This document shows, piece after piece, positions 35,951 through 45,263 of a stretch of 64,000 nucleotides of DNA. Source of the stretch: Bacillales bacterium UBA3207 (GTDB taxonomy: Bacteria; Bacillota_I; Bacilli_A; RFN20; CAG-826). Numbering within the stretch: position 1 is the stretch's first letter; each line of letters opens with the position of its first letter. The notes beneath the pieces are model-generated. The model ran no database searches. It saw only the letters and a list, made by a program, of their open reading frames with translations, and was not told where the DNA came from. Both the position numbers and the translations under genes were made by a program. The stretch is from contig DEWP01000001.1 of NCBI GenBank assembly GCA_002363735.1, forward strand, positions 31,359 through 95,358. Reading direction: 5' to 3'.

Positions 35951-36027
35951 GGCGCGCCCAAGACGATTCGAACGTCCGACCCTCTTCTTAGGAGGAAGAT
36001 GCTCTATCCAGACTGAGCTATGGGCGC
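35951..36027 (-). tRNA. tRNA-Arg (anticodon CCU)
   Basis: GCGCCCATAGCTCAGTCTGGATAGAGCATCTTCCTCCTAAGAAGAGGGTCGGACGTTCGAATCGTCTTGGGCGCGCC. Stem TCTTC/GAAGA, loop CT-CCT-AA. Confidence 0.85.
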
Positions 36028-36093
36028 ATATAGATTGGTTGCTTTCCACATTAACGTTTCAAGCAACCAATTTTATCTTAATTTAATTAATAA

Positions 36094-36249
36094 TTAAAGA
36101 GCGTTATACAAGTTTAGAATCTTTTCTTCGAAATCCTTAAATGTTAGATTTTTGTTAGATAATTGATTTTCAAAAACATATTTTTCAAAAAAGTTAAAGT
36201 ATTCATGGATATTTAAAATTTGTATACGATTATGAAAAGGTTTACCCAT
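36094..36249 (-). CDS. possible 51-aa ORF (below the ORF-track cutoff), function unknown
   Basis: Hand translation: MGKPFHNRIQILNIHEYFNFFEKYVFENQLSNKNLTFKDFEEKILNLYNAL*. No convincing RBS. It could be a gene fragment. Confidence 0.3.
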   Translation of the reverse strand: MGKPFHNRIQILNIHEYFNFFEKYVFENQLSNKNLTFKDFEEKILNLYNAL

Positions 36250-36338
36250 TTTGATACAATGCGTACCCTATAAGTAATTTGTGTACCCCGTTATTGGACA
36301 AAAATGTCCAAATTGTGTTAAACACAATAATTACCATC

Positions 36339-37229
36339 CTATTGGAGAATTGTTTTGAGCTCTTTTTTAACATAATCGATATCACTATTAGAAAGAATAG
36401 GAATCAGCTTTTGTATTTGTTTTTCAGATTTATTCCACCATTCTAGCTTTTCTAATAGTTCAATCATTTCATCGTCAAATCTTTTTCTTATTACTTTAGC
36501 GGGGTTACCGACTACTACTGAATAAGGAGGAATATCACTACCTACGACAGAGTTAGCGCCAATAATGCAGCCATCACCAATATGAACGCCTGGAAGAATA
36601 ACAGCATTTTGACCAATCCAAACATCATTTCCCACTATAGTGTCTCCTTTAAAAGGTAGATCGTTTATTTTTGGTGCGTTTTGTTCCCAACCTTTAAAAA
36701 TATAAAAAGGATAAGTGGAAGCACTATTCATTTGATGATTAGCCCCGTTCATAACAAATTCTACATTATGACCAATTTGGCAAAACTTACCGATAATGAG
36801 TTTATCGCCTAAAAAGTCATAATGATGAGTTACTCTACTAGCAAAGTTTTGACCATCGTAATATGAGTATTTACCGACTTCGATATTTCTTGTTGAAGCA
36901 ATTAATGTTGGTTTTATATAAACAACACTTTCATCTCTAGATTTTAGAGAATATATCTTTCGCCAATCTGGTTTGTCAGCGTCATGGGCCATATTCATTA
37001 ACTTATCCGTTTCAACATCACTTAAATCTAAGAATTCAGCAGCATTTACATTAAATGTAAGGATTAACGCTATTACTTTATCAAAAGACATTTCGGTTAA
37101 TCCTGTTTCAATTTTATTGACCATTGATTTATGGGTGTAGCCTAAAGCCTCCGCAAATTCTTGCTGAGTCATATTATTTTCTAGACGAATCTTTTTGATT
37201 CTATCTCCTAATACTTTGTATACTGGCAT
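36339..37229 (-). CDS. XRE-family HTH domain fused to a Vat-type (xenobiotic/streptogramin A) hexapeptide acetyltransferase
   Basis: Start at ATG 37229 ([31 protein letters not shown].., an XRE HTH), 8 nt after AAGGAG. The C-terminal 210 aa aligns by eye with remembered VatD: [80 protein letters not shown]. Confidence 0.85.
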   Translation of the reverse strand: MPVYKVLGDRIKKIRLENNMTQQEFAEALGYTHKSMVNKIETGLTEMSFDKVIALILTFNVNAAEFLDLSDVETDKLMNMAHDADKPDWRKIYSLKSRDESVVYIKPTLIASTRNIEVGKYSYYDGQNFASRVTHHYDFLGDKLIIGKFCQIGHNVEFVMNGANHQMNSASTYPFYIFKGWEQNAPKINDLPFKGDTIVGNDVWIGQNAVILPGVHIGDGCIIGANSVVGSDIPPYSVVVGNPAKVIRKRFDDEMIELLEKLEWWNKSEKQIQKLIPILSNSDIDYVKKELKTILQ

Positions 37230-37302
37230 ATATTTTCTCCTTTTGTGGCGCTTTTTGCGGTACCATTTTGCCATCACAAAATAGTTTTTCCAATAAATGA
37301 CA

Positions 37303-38127
37303 TTACTTCTTTTCTATTTTCTTAATTGGCTTCTCGTTGTTTTTATTAAACAATTCTTTTTCTTTATTAGCTTCTTTGTTAAGAATGATTAACCTCTCTT
37401 TTGGTGAGATTTTATTTGCTATCAATTGAGCATTCATAAATTCCAGATTACTTAAAATTGCTAATTCAATTGTGTTAGCATAATCTCTAAGATTGCCTTC
37501 TTTTTCTGGATTTACTTCTCTCCATTCTTTGGCTCTTTTACCAAATAAAGCAACATTTAAAAGATCTGCTTCGCTTGCATAAATATAGCTCTTTTGTTCA
37601 TAAGATAGTTCAATAGGGACAAGGTTTTCTTTAACTGCATCGGTTTGAATTAAATAATTAAGCTTTGTTAGCATTCTTTTGCCATGCCATTCAAGTTGAT
37701 CAGATTCTTGAGCCTTTAACCTTTGGAATTCTTTGATAATATATAATTTGACTTCCGCCGAAATCCATGATGCAAATTCTAAAGCAATATCACGATGAGC
37801 AAATGTTCCTCCACCGTATTTTCCAGATTTAGACTTGAATCCTATAGCATTTGTACATCTAATCCATTTGGAAGGTGTCATAACAAACGAATTTCTTCCA
37901 GCTTCACTCTTAAACGCATCGAATTCGACGCGGTTAAAATGTTCATTGTTTAATAATTCCCACAAACCAATAAACTCTATTGTGTCTTTTAATCTCATCC
38001 AGTTTTGTATTGGATATCTTGGATCGTCTTTATTTAGCATTCTGGCTAAATCGGTTAAACTGATGTAATCATCATCCCCAATTCCGGTAATATTAATCTC
38101 AATATTTTTTACAGTGATTTTATTCAT
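37303..38127 (-). CDS. KilA-N domain-containing DNA-binding protein
   Basis: 274 aa. [10 protein letters not shown]...[18 protein letters not shown]...[33 protein letters not shown] is the typical KilA-N family pattern. AGGAGAA RBS lies upstream. Confidence 0.8.
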   Translation of the reverse strand: MNKITVKNIEINITGIGDDDYISLTDLARMLNKDDPRYPIQNWMRLKDTIEFIGLWELLNNEHFNRVEFDAFKSEAGRNSFVMTPSKWIRCTNAIGFKSKSGKYGGGTFAHRDIALEFASWISAEVKLYIIKEFQRLKAQESDQLEWHGKRMLTKLNYLIQTDAVKENLVPIELSYEQKSYIYASEADLLNVALFGKRAKEWREVNPEKEGNLRDYANTIELAILSNLEFMNAQLIANKISPKERLIILNKEANKEKELFNKNNEKPIKKIEKK

Positions 38128-38192
38128 AAAACGATTCTCCTTTTATCAATTATATTCTACTATAAAATAGAGTGTCGTTCTACCTAAATCGA

Positions 38193-38221
38193 TAAAAACA
38201 GTGACTTTGTATCATCACTGT
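38193..38221 (-). terminator. rho-independent terminator after tRNA-Pro
   Basis: The minus strand reads ACAGTGAtgatacaaagTCACTGTttttat. Confidence 0.65.
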
Positions 38222-38232
38222 AATCTTCATCC

Positions 38233-38308
38233 TGGTCGGAGCGAGGAGAATCGAACTCCTGACCTCTTGGTCCCGAACCAAGCGCACTACCAACTGTGCT
38301 ACGCCCCG
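38233..38308 (-). tRNA. tRNA-Pro (anticodon CGG)
   Basis: CGGGGCGTAGCACAGTTGGTAGTGCGCTTGGTTCGGGACCAAGAGGTCAGGAGTTCGATTCTCCTCGCTCCGACCA. C1:G72 is typical of bacterial tRNA-Pro. Loop TT-CGG-GA. The 5' end lies 1 nt after the polC stop codon. Confidence 0.9.
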
Positions 38309-38309
38309 A

Positions 38310-41300
38310 TTATAAATCTAAACCAAACTCAAAAAGTGACATTTGGTCACTATCACCAAGTCCATCTAATGTACCAATTGCGCTTAAATCTTCAACGTTT
38401 GTTGATGAGAGTTTGGTTCGTTTAAGAAGGTCTTCTTTGGAAGTAAATGGACCATCTTTTCGAGCATCAACAACACTTTGAGCAGCGTTTTCACCAAGTC
38501 CATCAATGACAATAAATGGACAAATCAGTGCTTTATTTTCATGATCAACAACAAATTCCGTTGCTTTTGAATTGTATAAATCAACTTTTTCAAATTTATA
38601 TCCACGTTCTGTCATTTCAATGGCGACTGTCAGCATCTTTAAAATATCTGTTTCTTTTGGAGAAAGTTTTTCATGTTTATTCTTTCTTCCTTTGAGTTCA
38701 TCGTAACGTTGAATAATTGCTTCTTTTCCTCCAAGCATTGGAACGATGTCGTATTGTTTACAACGTGCTGAGAACCAAACAGCATAGAATTCGAGTGGGT
38801 AATAAAGCTTAAAATAGCCAACACGAACCGCCATTGTAACATAAGCAACAGCGTGAGCTTTTGGGAACATATATTTAATCTTATTACATGATTCAATGTA
38901 CCATTCTGGAACATTGCAGGCTCTTAGAGCTTCCACTGCTTCAGCAGGAATTTTTCTACCCTTACGAACTGATTCCATTGTATTAAAGGCAGTTTTTGGT
39001 TGAACGCCTTTCTTAATTAAGTAAGTCATAATGTCATCACGACATCCAATAACTTCACGAATGGTACATGTACCATTCTTAATTAATTCAGAGGCATTAC
39101 CCTGCCAAACATCGGTACCGTGGGCTAATCCAGCAACAACAACTAAATCAGCAAATGATTTTGGTTGAGCACCAAGTAAAATATCGCGACATACATCAGT
39201 ACCAAATTCTGGTAAACCAGAAGCACCGTTTCTCACTTTCAGATAGTTTCCATCTCTTTCAAGAGCTTTATCGGTAGTGAATAATGAAATAACTTTCTTA
39301 TCATTTAATGGAATGTCTTTCATATTCACTCCAGTCATTTCCGTCATTAGTCTTAAAGCTAATGGATCAACGTGACCAAGAAGGTCAAGTTTCAGAAGAG
39401 CATCGTGAAGTGCGGTATAGTCTAAGTGTGTTGTTAGCCAATCTGATTCTTTATCATCAGCTGGATATTGAATTGGAGTGAAATCATAAATATTACAACT
39501 CTTTGGAAGAACCATAATTCCACCTGGATGTTGTCCAGTTGTTCGTTTTGTATCAGCAACATGTGATGCTAAATAAGCAATATAAGCTGATGGAATTGTA
39601 CTTGGATCAATCCCACGTTCTTCGAAATAACCTCGGACATAACCAAAGGCTGTTTTATCAGCAACTGTTTCAATCGTTCCTGCTCTAAAAACGTTATGTT
39701 CTCCAAAGATATCTTTTGTACTATTGAACGCACGTTTTTGATAATCACTTGGGAAGTTTAAATCAATATCTGGAATCTTATCCGCATTAAATCCAAGGAA
39801 TGTTTCAAATGGAATATTTTGACCATCACCAATCATTTTTTCACCGCAAATCGGGCACTTTTTATCTGGAAGGTCATATCCGGAATGGATTTCTGGATCA
39901 TCAATCCACTCTAAATGTTTACACTTTGGACAGTGGTAATGTGGACGAAGTGGATTAACTTCAGTAATGCCAAACATATGGGCAGCAAAAGATGAACCAA
40001 CAGATCCACGTGACCCAACAACGAAACCCGCTTCATTAGCTCGACGAACAATTTCGTGAGCAATGTAATAGGTAACAGAATAACCGTTATCAATAATACC
40101 AGAGAGTTCTCTAGATAAACGATTTTCAATTTCTTCTGGAAGTGGATCTCCATAGATTTCATGTGCTTTAGCGTAACACGTGTCTCTTAAAATCCTTGGT
40201 GCATCCTCAATCACAGGTGGATGTAAGTCTTTTTTAATTGGTTTAAAATCACCGATTGAATCAGCGATCTTATTTGTATTTGTTACAACAATCTCGAAAG
40301 CTTTTTCTTTGCCTAAGAAACTAAAAGCATCAAGCATTTCTCTAGTCGAACGATAATGTTGATCAGGAGCTTGAAGCGTTGTATCTCGCATATGAAGTGG
40401 GTGGAGCTTACCACCAACAGCTTTAGCAGAGATGTAAACATCTCTTGTAATCTTATCTTCTGGATTTAAATAGTGAACATCACCTGTTGCAACGACTGGT
40501 TTTCCGACCTCATCAGCACATTCGACAATGTCTTGAAGAATCTTTTTAATTTCATCAAAACTATCAACACTACCTAAATTAACTAAGTTTCGATAATTCT
40601 CTGGAGGTTGGACTTCGATAAAATCATAAAATTTCATGACTTCTTTTAAATCTTCTTTTGTCATGGTGCGGGCTGCATCAAAAACTTCGCCATTGGAGCA
40701 GGCTGAACCAAGTAAAAGATGTTCTCTAAGTCGAGCAATTTCTCGTTTTGGAGTTTTTGGAACATCGGCTAAATATTTAATGTGAGATAAAGAGACTAGT
40801 TCATAGAGTGCTCTAAAGCCTTCTTCGTCTTTAACTAAGCAATTAATATGACTTGGACGAATATGTTTTAACATCGCCTCAGTTGTCTTAATTTTTGCTA
40901 AATCACTATGCAAAAGTCCAATATTTTTCTCAGTGAGACGATTTAACATTGCTAGCCAAACTTCATTCAAAACCTTCGCATCGTAATCAGCACGGTGAGC
41001 TTCTTCATCATTATAAGATTGAATTCCAAGGTTTCTTGATAAAGAGCCTAATCTATGTGAGCCAGCTTCTGGGAATAAATAGTGGGATAAGGAAAGTGTA
41101 TCAATCGCTGGAGGATTAATTGGCTCTCTTCCCATCCGGATTAAAGAAGCATTAATAAACCCAAGGTCGAATGTGATGTTATGGGAAACAATGATTGCAT
41201 CTTTAAAGAAATCAATGATTCGATCAGCGCATTCTTCAAATGTCTTTGCAGAGTTTACCATCGCTTGAGTTATGTGGGTTTTGTCTTGGATTTTTTGTGG

Positions 41301-42764
41301 AATTGGGATTAAAGGATTAATAAAGAAATCCTCAGTTTTAACAATATTTCCGTGTTCAAAACGAATTGCGCCAAATTCAGTAATTCGGTCATATTCTTTG
41401 GAAAGTCCAGTTGTTTCTAAGTCGAAGACAACATAGGCCGTATTACGAAGAGGAATTGGTTTTGGATTTAAAGCAAATGGGAGTTCATCATTCACCATGT
41501 AAAGTTCAGAACCGTATAGGATCTTAACTCCAGTTTCTTTTGATGCGTTTTGCGCTTCTGGGAAAGATTGAACAACACCATGGTCAGTTACAGCTATTGC
41601 TTTATGACCCATTGATTTTGCTAATTTACAATAATCAGTAATCGAAGTTACACCATCCATAACAGACATTCTTGTATGGAGATGAAGTTCAACACGTTTT
41701 TGTTCTTCGTCATCAGTTCTCATTGCTGGAGGTGGAACGATTTCAAAACCACGAGCAATAACGGAAACTTGTCCACTTCGTTTATCGGCTTCAGCATAAC
41801 CTTTAACGTGGATATACATGGAATTTTTGAGTTTTTCCATCTCTTCTACTGTCGTATGTTTATTTTCGACAATGCGAAGATTAATCGCTTGGTTATCGTT
41901 TCCAAGACCGCAAGGACAAACGGCCTTTCCAAAGAAATTTGTACGGATTTTATCGATACCGAAAACTTCGCCAGTAATGTCGACGTTTCCGCTATCCTCT
42001 TTAATTAAAGAAAAGTCTGTATATTTCTTAAATGGAATCGTGTCTCTCCAAGCTTGAGGATCATAATCAGGGTTCATTCGATTCTTTTTAGTATTCTTAC
42101 CAAGGTCTTTTAGTTGCGAAATATTATTTTTTAAGGCTTCAATATATTGTTCTTCATAAGCTCTTAAAGCACTTTCTTGTTCTTCTTCCTCAACCATCTC
42201 GCTGCTTTTGTAATAGGAATCATCATCACCGCTTGTAATGTTTTCTTCTTCATAAACTTCGTTCGCTTTTTCTTCCATCTTTTCGAGTTCTTCTTGAGAA
42301 ACATTTGGGGTGAGTTTTTCTTCGACTCTGATTTCCGAATTTACATCAATTCGATAACCTAAAAATTTGAGGAAATCTTTAAAATCATCCAAGATTTGTC
42401 GGTTATTTTCTTTTTCTTCTTCGTTTTTATAGACAAAAATTACTGCACCATCTTTTTCATCTAAAACTTGGTTTGATTCATAGCGATTATGACTTCGATG
42501 CCAATCTGAAAACAAACGTATTGCATCTTTCGCGGTCGGTTTAATTTTGTATGAAAATTTTAAATCATATGGATAGTTAATTGTTTCAAGTCCGTGTTGG
42601 AATTCTTCTAGAAGATCATATTTCCAAGGAGTGTCCTTCACCACAAGCATATCAACTTGTTCACGTTTAAATGGGTTACGAGTGACTAGATCAAAATCCA
42701 AATCAAAACGATCGATATTCTCGATGTGAATTGAAGTTAGAAATCTACGCATCTTCTCGTTCAT
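38310..42764 (-). CDS. polC: DNA polymerase III alpha subunit, PolC type (with intrinsic 3'-5' exonuclease)
   Basis: 1484 aa with PHP domain (HLHTRMSVMDG), DEDDh exonuclease (VVFDLETTG...HNITFDLGF...HRADYDA), and Pol III core (GSRGSVGSS, zinc motif CPKC...CPIC). Confidence 0.95.
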   Translation of the reverse strand: MNEKMRRFLTSIHIENIDRFDLDFDLVTRNPFKREQVDMLVVKDTPWKYDLLEEFQHGLETINYPYDLKFSYKIKPTAKDAIRLFSDWHRSHNRYESNQVLDEKDGAVIFVYKNEEEKENNRQILDDFKDFLKFLGYRIDVNSEIRVEEKLTPNVSQEELEKMEEKANEVYEEENITSGDDDSYYKSSEMVEEEEQESALRAYEEQYIEALKNNISQLKDLGKNTKKNRMNPDYDPQAWRDTIPFKKYTDFSLIKEDSGNVDITGEVFGIDKIRTNFFGKAVCPCGLGNDNQAINLRIVENKHTTVEEMEKLKNSMYIHVKGYAEADKRSGQVSVIARGFEIVPPPAMRTDDEEQKRVELHLHTRMSVMDGVTSITDYCKLAKSMGHKAIAVTDHGVVQSFPEAQNASKETGVKILYGSELYMVNDELPFALNPKPIPLRNTAYVVFDLETTGLSKEYDRITEFGAIRFEHGNIVKTEDFFINPLIPIPQKIQDKTHITQAMVNSAKTFEECADRIIDFFKDAIIVSHNITFDLGFINASLIRMGREPINPPAIDTLSLSHYLFPEAGSHRLGSLSRNLGIQSYNDEEAHRADYDAKVLNEVWLAMLNRLTEKNIGLLHSDLAKIKTTEAMLKHIRPSHINCLVKDEEGFRALYELVSLSHIKYLADVPKTPKREIARLREHLLLGSACSNGEVFDAARTMTKEDLKEVMKFYDFIEVQPPENYRNLVNLGSVDSFDEIKKILQDIVECADEVGKPVVATGDVHYLNPEDKITRDVYISAKAVGGKLHPLHMRDTTLQAPDQHYRSTREMLDAFSFLGKEKAFEIVVTNTNKIADSIGDFKPIKKDLHPPVIEDAPRILRDTCYAKAHEIYGDPLPEEIENRLSRELSGIIDNGYSVTYYIAHEIVRRANEAGFVVGSRGSVGSSFAAHMFGITEVNPLRPHYHCPKCKHLEWIDDPEIHSGYDLPDKKCPICGEKMIGDGQNIPFETFLGFNADKIPDIDLNFPSDYQKRAFNSTKDIFGEHNVFRAGTIETVADKTAFGYVRGYFEERGIDPSTIPSAYIAYLASHVADTKRTTGQHPGGIMVLPKSCNIYDFTPIQYPADDKESDWLTTHLDYTALHDALLKLDLLGHVDPLALRLMTEMTGVNMKDIPLNDKKVISLFTTDKALERDGNYLKVRNGASGLPEFGTDVCRDILLGAQPKSFADLVVVAGLAHGTDVWQGNASELIKNGTCTIREVIGCRDDIMTYLIKKGVQPKTAFNTMESVRKGRKIPAEAVEALRACNVPEWYIESCNKIKYMFPKAHAVAYVTMAVRVGYFKLYYPLEFYAVWFSARCKQYDIVPMLGGKEAIIQRYDELKGRKNKHEKLSPKETDILKMLTVAIEMTERGYKFEKVDLYNSKATEFVVDHENKALICPFIVIDGLGENAAQSVVDARKDGPFTSKEDLLKRTKLSSTNVEDLSAIGTLDGLGDSDQMSLFEFGLDL

Positions 42765-42768
42765 ATTT

Positions 42769-44133
42769 CTACACCAGTTTAATAATATCTAAAACAACAA
42801 TCGCAATCATTAAGCCAAAGAGAAGAACTAATCCTACTGCAGACATAATTCCTTTGACTTTTGAAGGGATTTTCTTCTTTGTAACGCCTTCAATGATGGT
42901 TACCATAAGTTGGAATCCATCTAATCCTGGGAATGGAAGTAAATTAATGATTGCAAGGTTAACGCTGATCATTCCCCAGAAATAAAGATAAGTTGCGAAT
43001 GTATAAGAACCATATAGGTTTGCTGTCATATCAAAGATGCCAACAATACCAGACATGTTTTTAATTCCACCAGTAAAGAGAGTTCCAATTCCTCTAAAGA
43101 CGGCAACTGAAGCATCACCAAAATCAACAAATGTTTGATTAACTCGATCACCAAATGTCCAGTCCTCATCGTTCATTGTTTTGAATGATAAACCAATGTC
43201 ATCCCAAACGTATTTATCACCACTTTTCACAGCTTTCAAAGTTGGATTAAAATCGACAATAATGTCATATTTTTTGCTCACTTCGTTATAACGTTTGAAA
43301 TGAAGATGAGCTTCAAAACTTGAGTTTTCAAAAGCGGTATAAGTCTTTTGTGTGAAGTCGGCATATAAAGTAGTTTGATCAATCTTTTGGTCGACTCTAA
43401 AGTAGGCATCATAAAGAGGTTTATTAATGACCTCATAAGTATTATCTTCTTTGAGTTTTGCAATATTTTCACCAGCAATTGCTGGATAAATTAATAATCC
43501 ATCACTAAATTTAGTGTAATGTTTTGTTCCTGTTGGAGCATAACCTAAAACATATTTGTTTGACTCAATTTCAACATTTTCATCAATGACAAAAAATTGT
43601 CCGCCATGAATGACTTTACTAGAATCTGTGTATTCATAAGAGATGTAGCTATTGTGAGTATAAGTCATCAAGTCATCTTCTTTTAAGACGGATGCAGCAA
43701 GGCTACCTTCAGTAATTGAAGCATATCGAGTTGTAACAATGCGAGGGAATGCTAAATTAGAAATCGCGATTAAGACAAATGCTAAAATCGCATTCAAAGT
43801 AACACCAGCAACTAAAACGATGCACTTCTTCCATTTCTTAATTCCTTCAATTGATCTTTCTTGAGGAAGATTTAAACCTTCTTCAGGAATTGAACCTTCT
43901 TCTCCATACATTGAAACGTATCCACCAAATGGAATCGCTCTAATAGAGAAATAAGTTTCTTTTCCTTTACCACGTTTATGATAAATCGCTGGTCCAAATC
44001 CGATTGAGAATTCATAACAATATACGTTAAAAAGCTTTGCCATTGAAAGATGGCCAAGTTCATGAATCGTGATTAAAACACTTAGTGAAACAACAAAGAG
44101 AATAACTGATACAATCCAATCCCAAGCGCTCAT
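42769..44133 (-). CDS. rseP: RIP site-2 metalloprotease (RseP/YluC family, M50)
   Basis: 454 aa with HELGHLSMAK (HExxH) in TM1 and NLLPFPGLDG near the C-terminus. The central region is long and not obviously PDZ-like. Confidence 0.85.
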   Translation of the reverse strand: MSAWDWIVSVILFVVSLSVLITIHELGHLSMAKLFNVYCYEFSIGFGPAIYHKRGKGKETYFSIRAIPFGGYVSMYGEEGSIPEEGLNLPQERSIEGIKKWKKCIVLVAGVTLNAILAFVLIAISNLAFPRIVTTRYASITEGSLAASVLKEDDLMTYTHNSYISYEYTDSSKVIHGGQFFVIDENVEIESNKYVLGYAPTGTKHYTKFSDGLLIYPAIAGENIAKLKEDNTYEVINKPLYDAYFRVDQKIDQTTLYADFTQKTYTAFENSSFEAHLHFKRYNEVSKKYDIIVDFNPTLKAVKSGDKYVWDDIGLSFKTMNDEDWTFGDRVNQTFVDFGDASVAVFRGIGTLFTGGIKNMSGIVGIFDMTANLYGSYTFATYLYFWGMISVNLAIINLLPFPGLDGFQLMVTIIEGVTKKKIPSKVKGIMSAVGLVLLFGLMIAIVVLDIIKLV

Positions 44134-45263
44134 TAGTTCACCTTTCTAGCATTCTTATCAATTCGTTTAATCTGAGATAATGATGGTTGACGAATTAATT
44201 TTTGCTTTTCCACTTTCTTTCCGACAAATTTAGCAATATCTAAAAAACCAATTTCATGATTTAAGAATCGGTTTACCGCTGTTTCGTTTGCTGCATTTAA
44301 TGCAATCATTTTTGAAGCACCTTCAAGCAAAGCTTGTTTAGCAATTTCAGTACATGGATAACGTTTATAATCATAATCATGGAAATGACAATCTTTGAAT
44401 TCATCAAGAGCCTTCACAAAATAAACTTTGTAATCGCTTTTTCCTTCAAACATCGCCCATCTAATTGGCTCATGCATATCAGGTTTTCCATAATCAACAA
44501 TGAGTGTTCCATCATTAAGCTCAACCGCAGAATGAATCAAAGATTCATCATGCATTTGTACTCTAATCTTGTTTAATGGGAAATGATAAAGATAATATGC
44601 TTCAATAATTTCAAAGCCTTTGTTCATCATTGTGGCACAGTCAATTGTAATCTTCGCACCCATTTTCCATGTCGGATGACGTAAAGCATCCTCAGGAGTT
44701 TGTTTAGAAAGCTCAGAAATTTCAACATTTCTTAAAGCGCCACCACTTGCCGTAATAATGAGCGATTTAACATCTTTTATATCGCATTTTGATAAACACT
44801 TAGCTAAAGCAACATGCTCGGAATCAATTGGATATAATTTACCTTTTCCTTCATCAAGCAATTTATTGATGAGAGTTCCACCAGCAACAAGAGCTTCTTT
44901 ATTCGCTAAACAAAGAATTTTATTTTTCTTTAAAACTTCTACTGCTGGTTCTAAACCAACAAAGCCCACTAAAGCATCAACACATTGATCAAAATCCGTT
45001 TGATGAATTAATTTATTTAATCCTGATTTTCCTGAGAAAACTCGGATATTTTTATATTGATGTTTTAATTCATTCGCGTTGGTCTTGCTGGTGATATAAA
45101 CATTTTTTACTTCTTTAAATGAAGAAATTATTTCTTTTGCTTTTTCTATATTTTTGCCAACTGAAAAACCAACAAGTTCAAATTCTTCAGGATATTTTTT
45201 AATGATATCCAGAGTTTGAGAACCAATTGATCCAGACGCTCCAAGCAAAAGAACTTTTTTCAT
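44133..45263 (-). CDS. dxr: 1-deoxy-D-xylulose 5-phosphate reductoisomerase
   Basis: 376 aa with LLGASGSIGSQTLDI, LANKE, PIDSEH, and HPTWKMG motifs. Confidence 0.9.
   Translation of the reverse strand: MKKVLLLGASGSIGSQTLDIIKKYPEEFELVGFSVGKNIEKAKEIISSFKEVKNVYITSKTNANELKHQYKNIRVFSGKSGLNKLIHQTDFDQCVDALVGFVGLEPAVEVLKKNKILCLANKEALVAGGTLINKLLDEGKGKLYPIDSEHVALAKCLSKCDIKDVKSLIITASGGALRNVEISELSKQTPEDALRHPTWKMGAKITIDCATMMNKGFEIIEAYYLYHFPLNKIRVQMHDESLIHSAVELNDGTLIVDYGKPDMHEPIRWAMFEGKSDYKVYFVKALDEFKDCHFHDYDYKRYPCTEIAKQALLEGASKMIALNAANETAVNRFLNHEIGFLDIAKFVGKKVEKQKLIRQPSLSQIKRIDKNARKVN

Noticed and set aside
35612-36049. ORF-track entries 35612-35845 and 35867-36049 on the minus strand, and similarly 38201-38425 and 38296-38481 on the plus strand.
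   Set aside because: They run straight through tRNA-Ala, tRNA-Arg and tRNA-Pro genes and their terminators. The 'proteins' are translations of tRNA and terminator sequence.
36028-38232. Calling the Vat/KilA-N cassette (or any other inter-tRNA cassette) a bona fide mobile element or genomic island.
   Set aside because: No integrase, transposase or excisionase is present, and I could find no direct repeat of the tRNA-Pro or tRNA-Arg 3' end at the far border. The dyad ATTGGTTGC...GCAACCAAT (36034-36072) is an inverted repeat, not a direct one. Mobility remains a hypothesis, so it is reported only as a finding.
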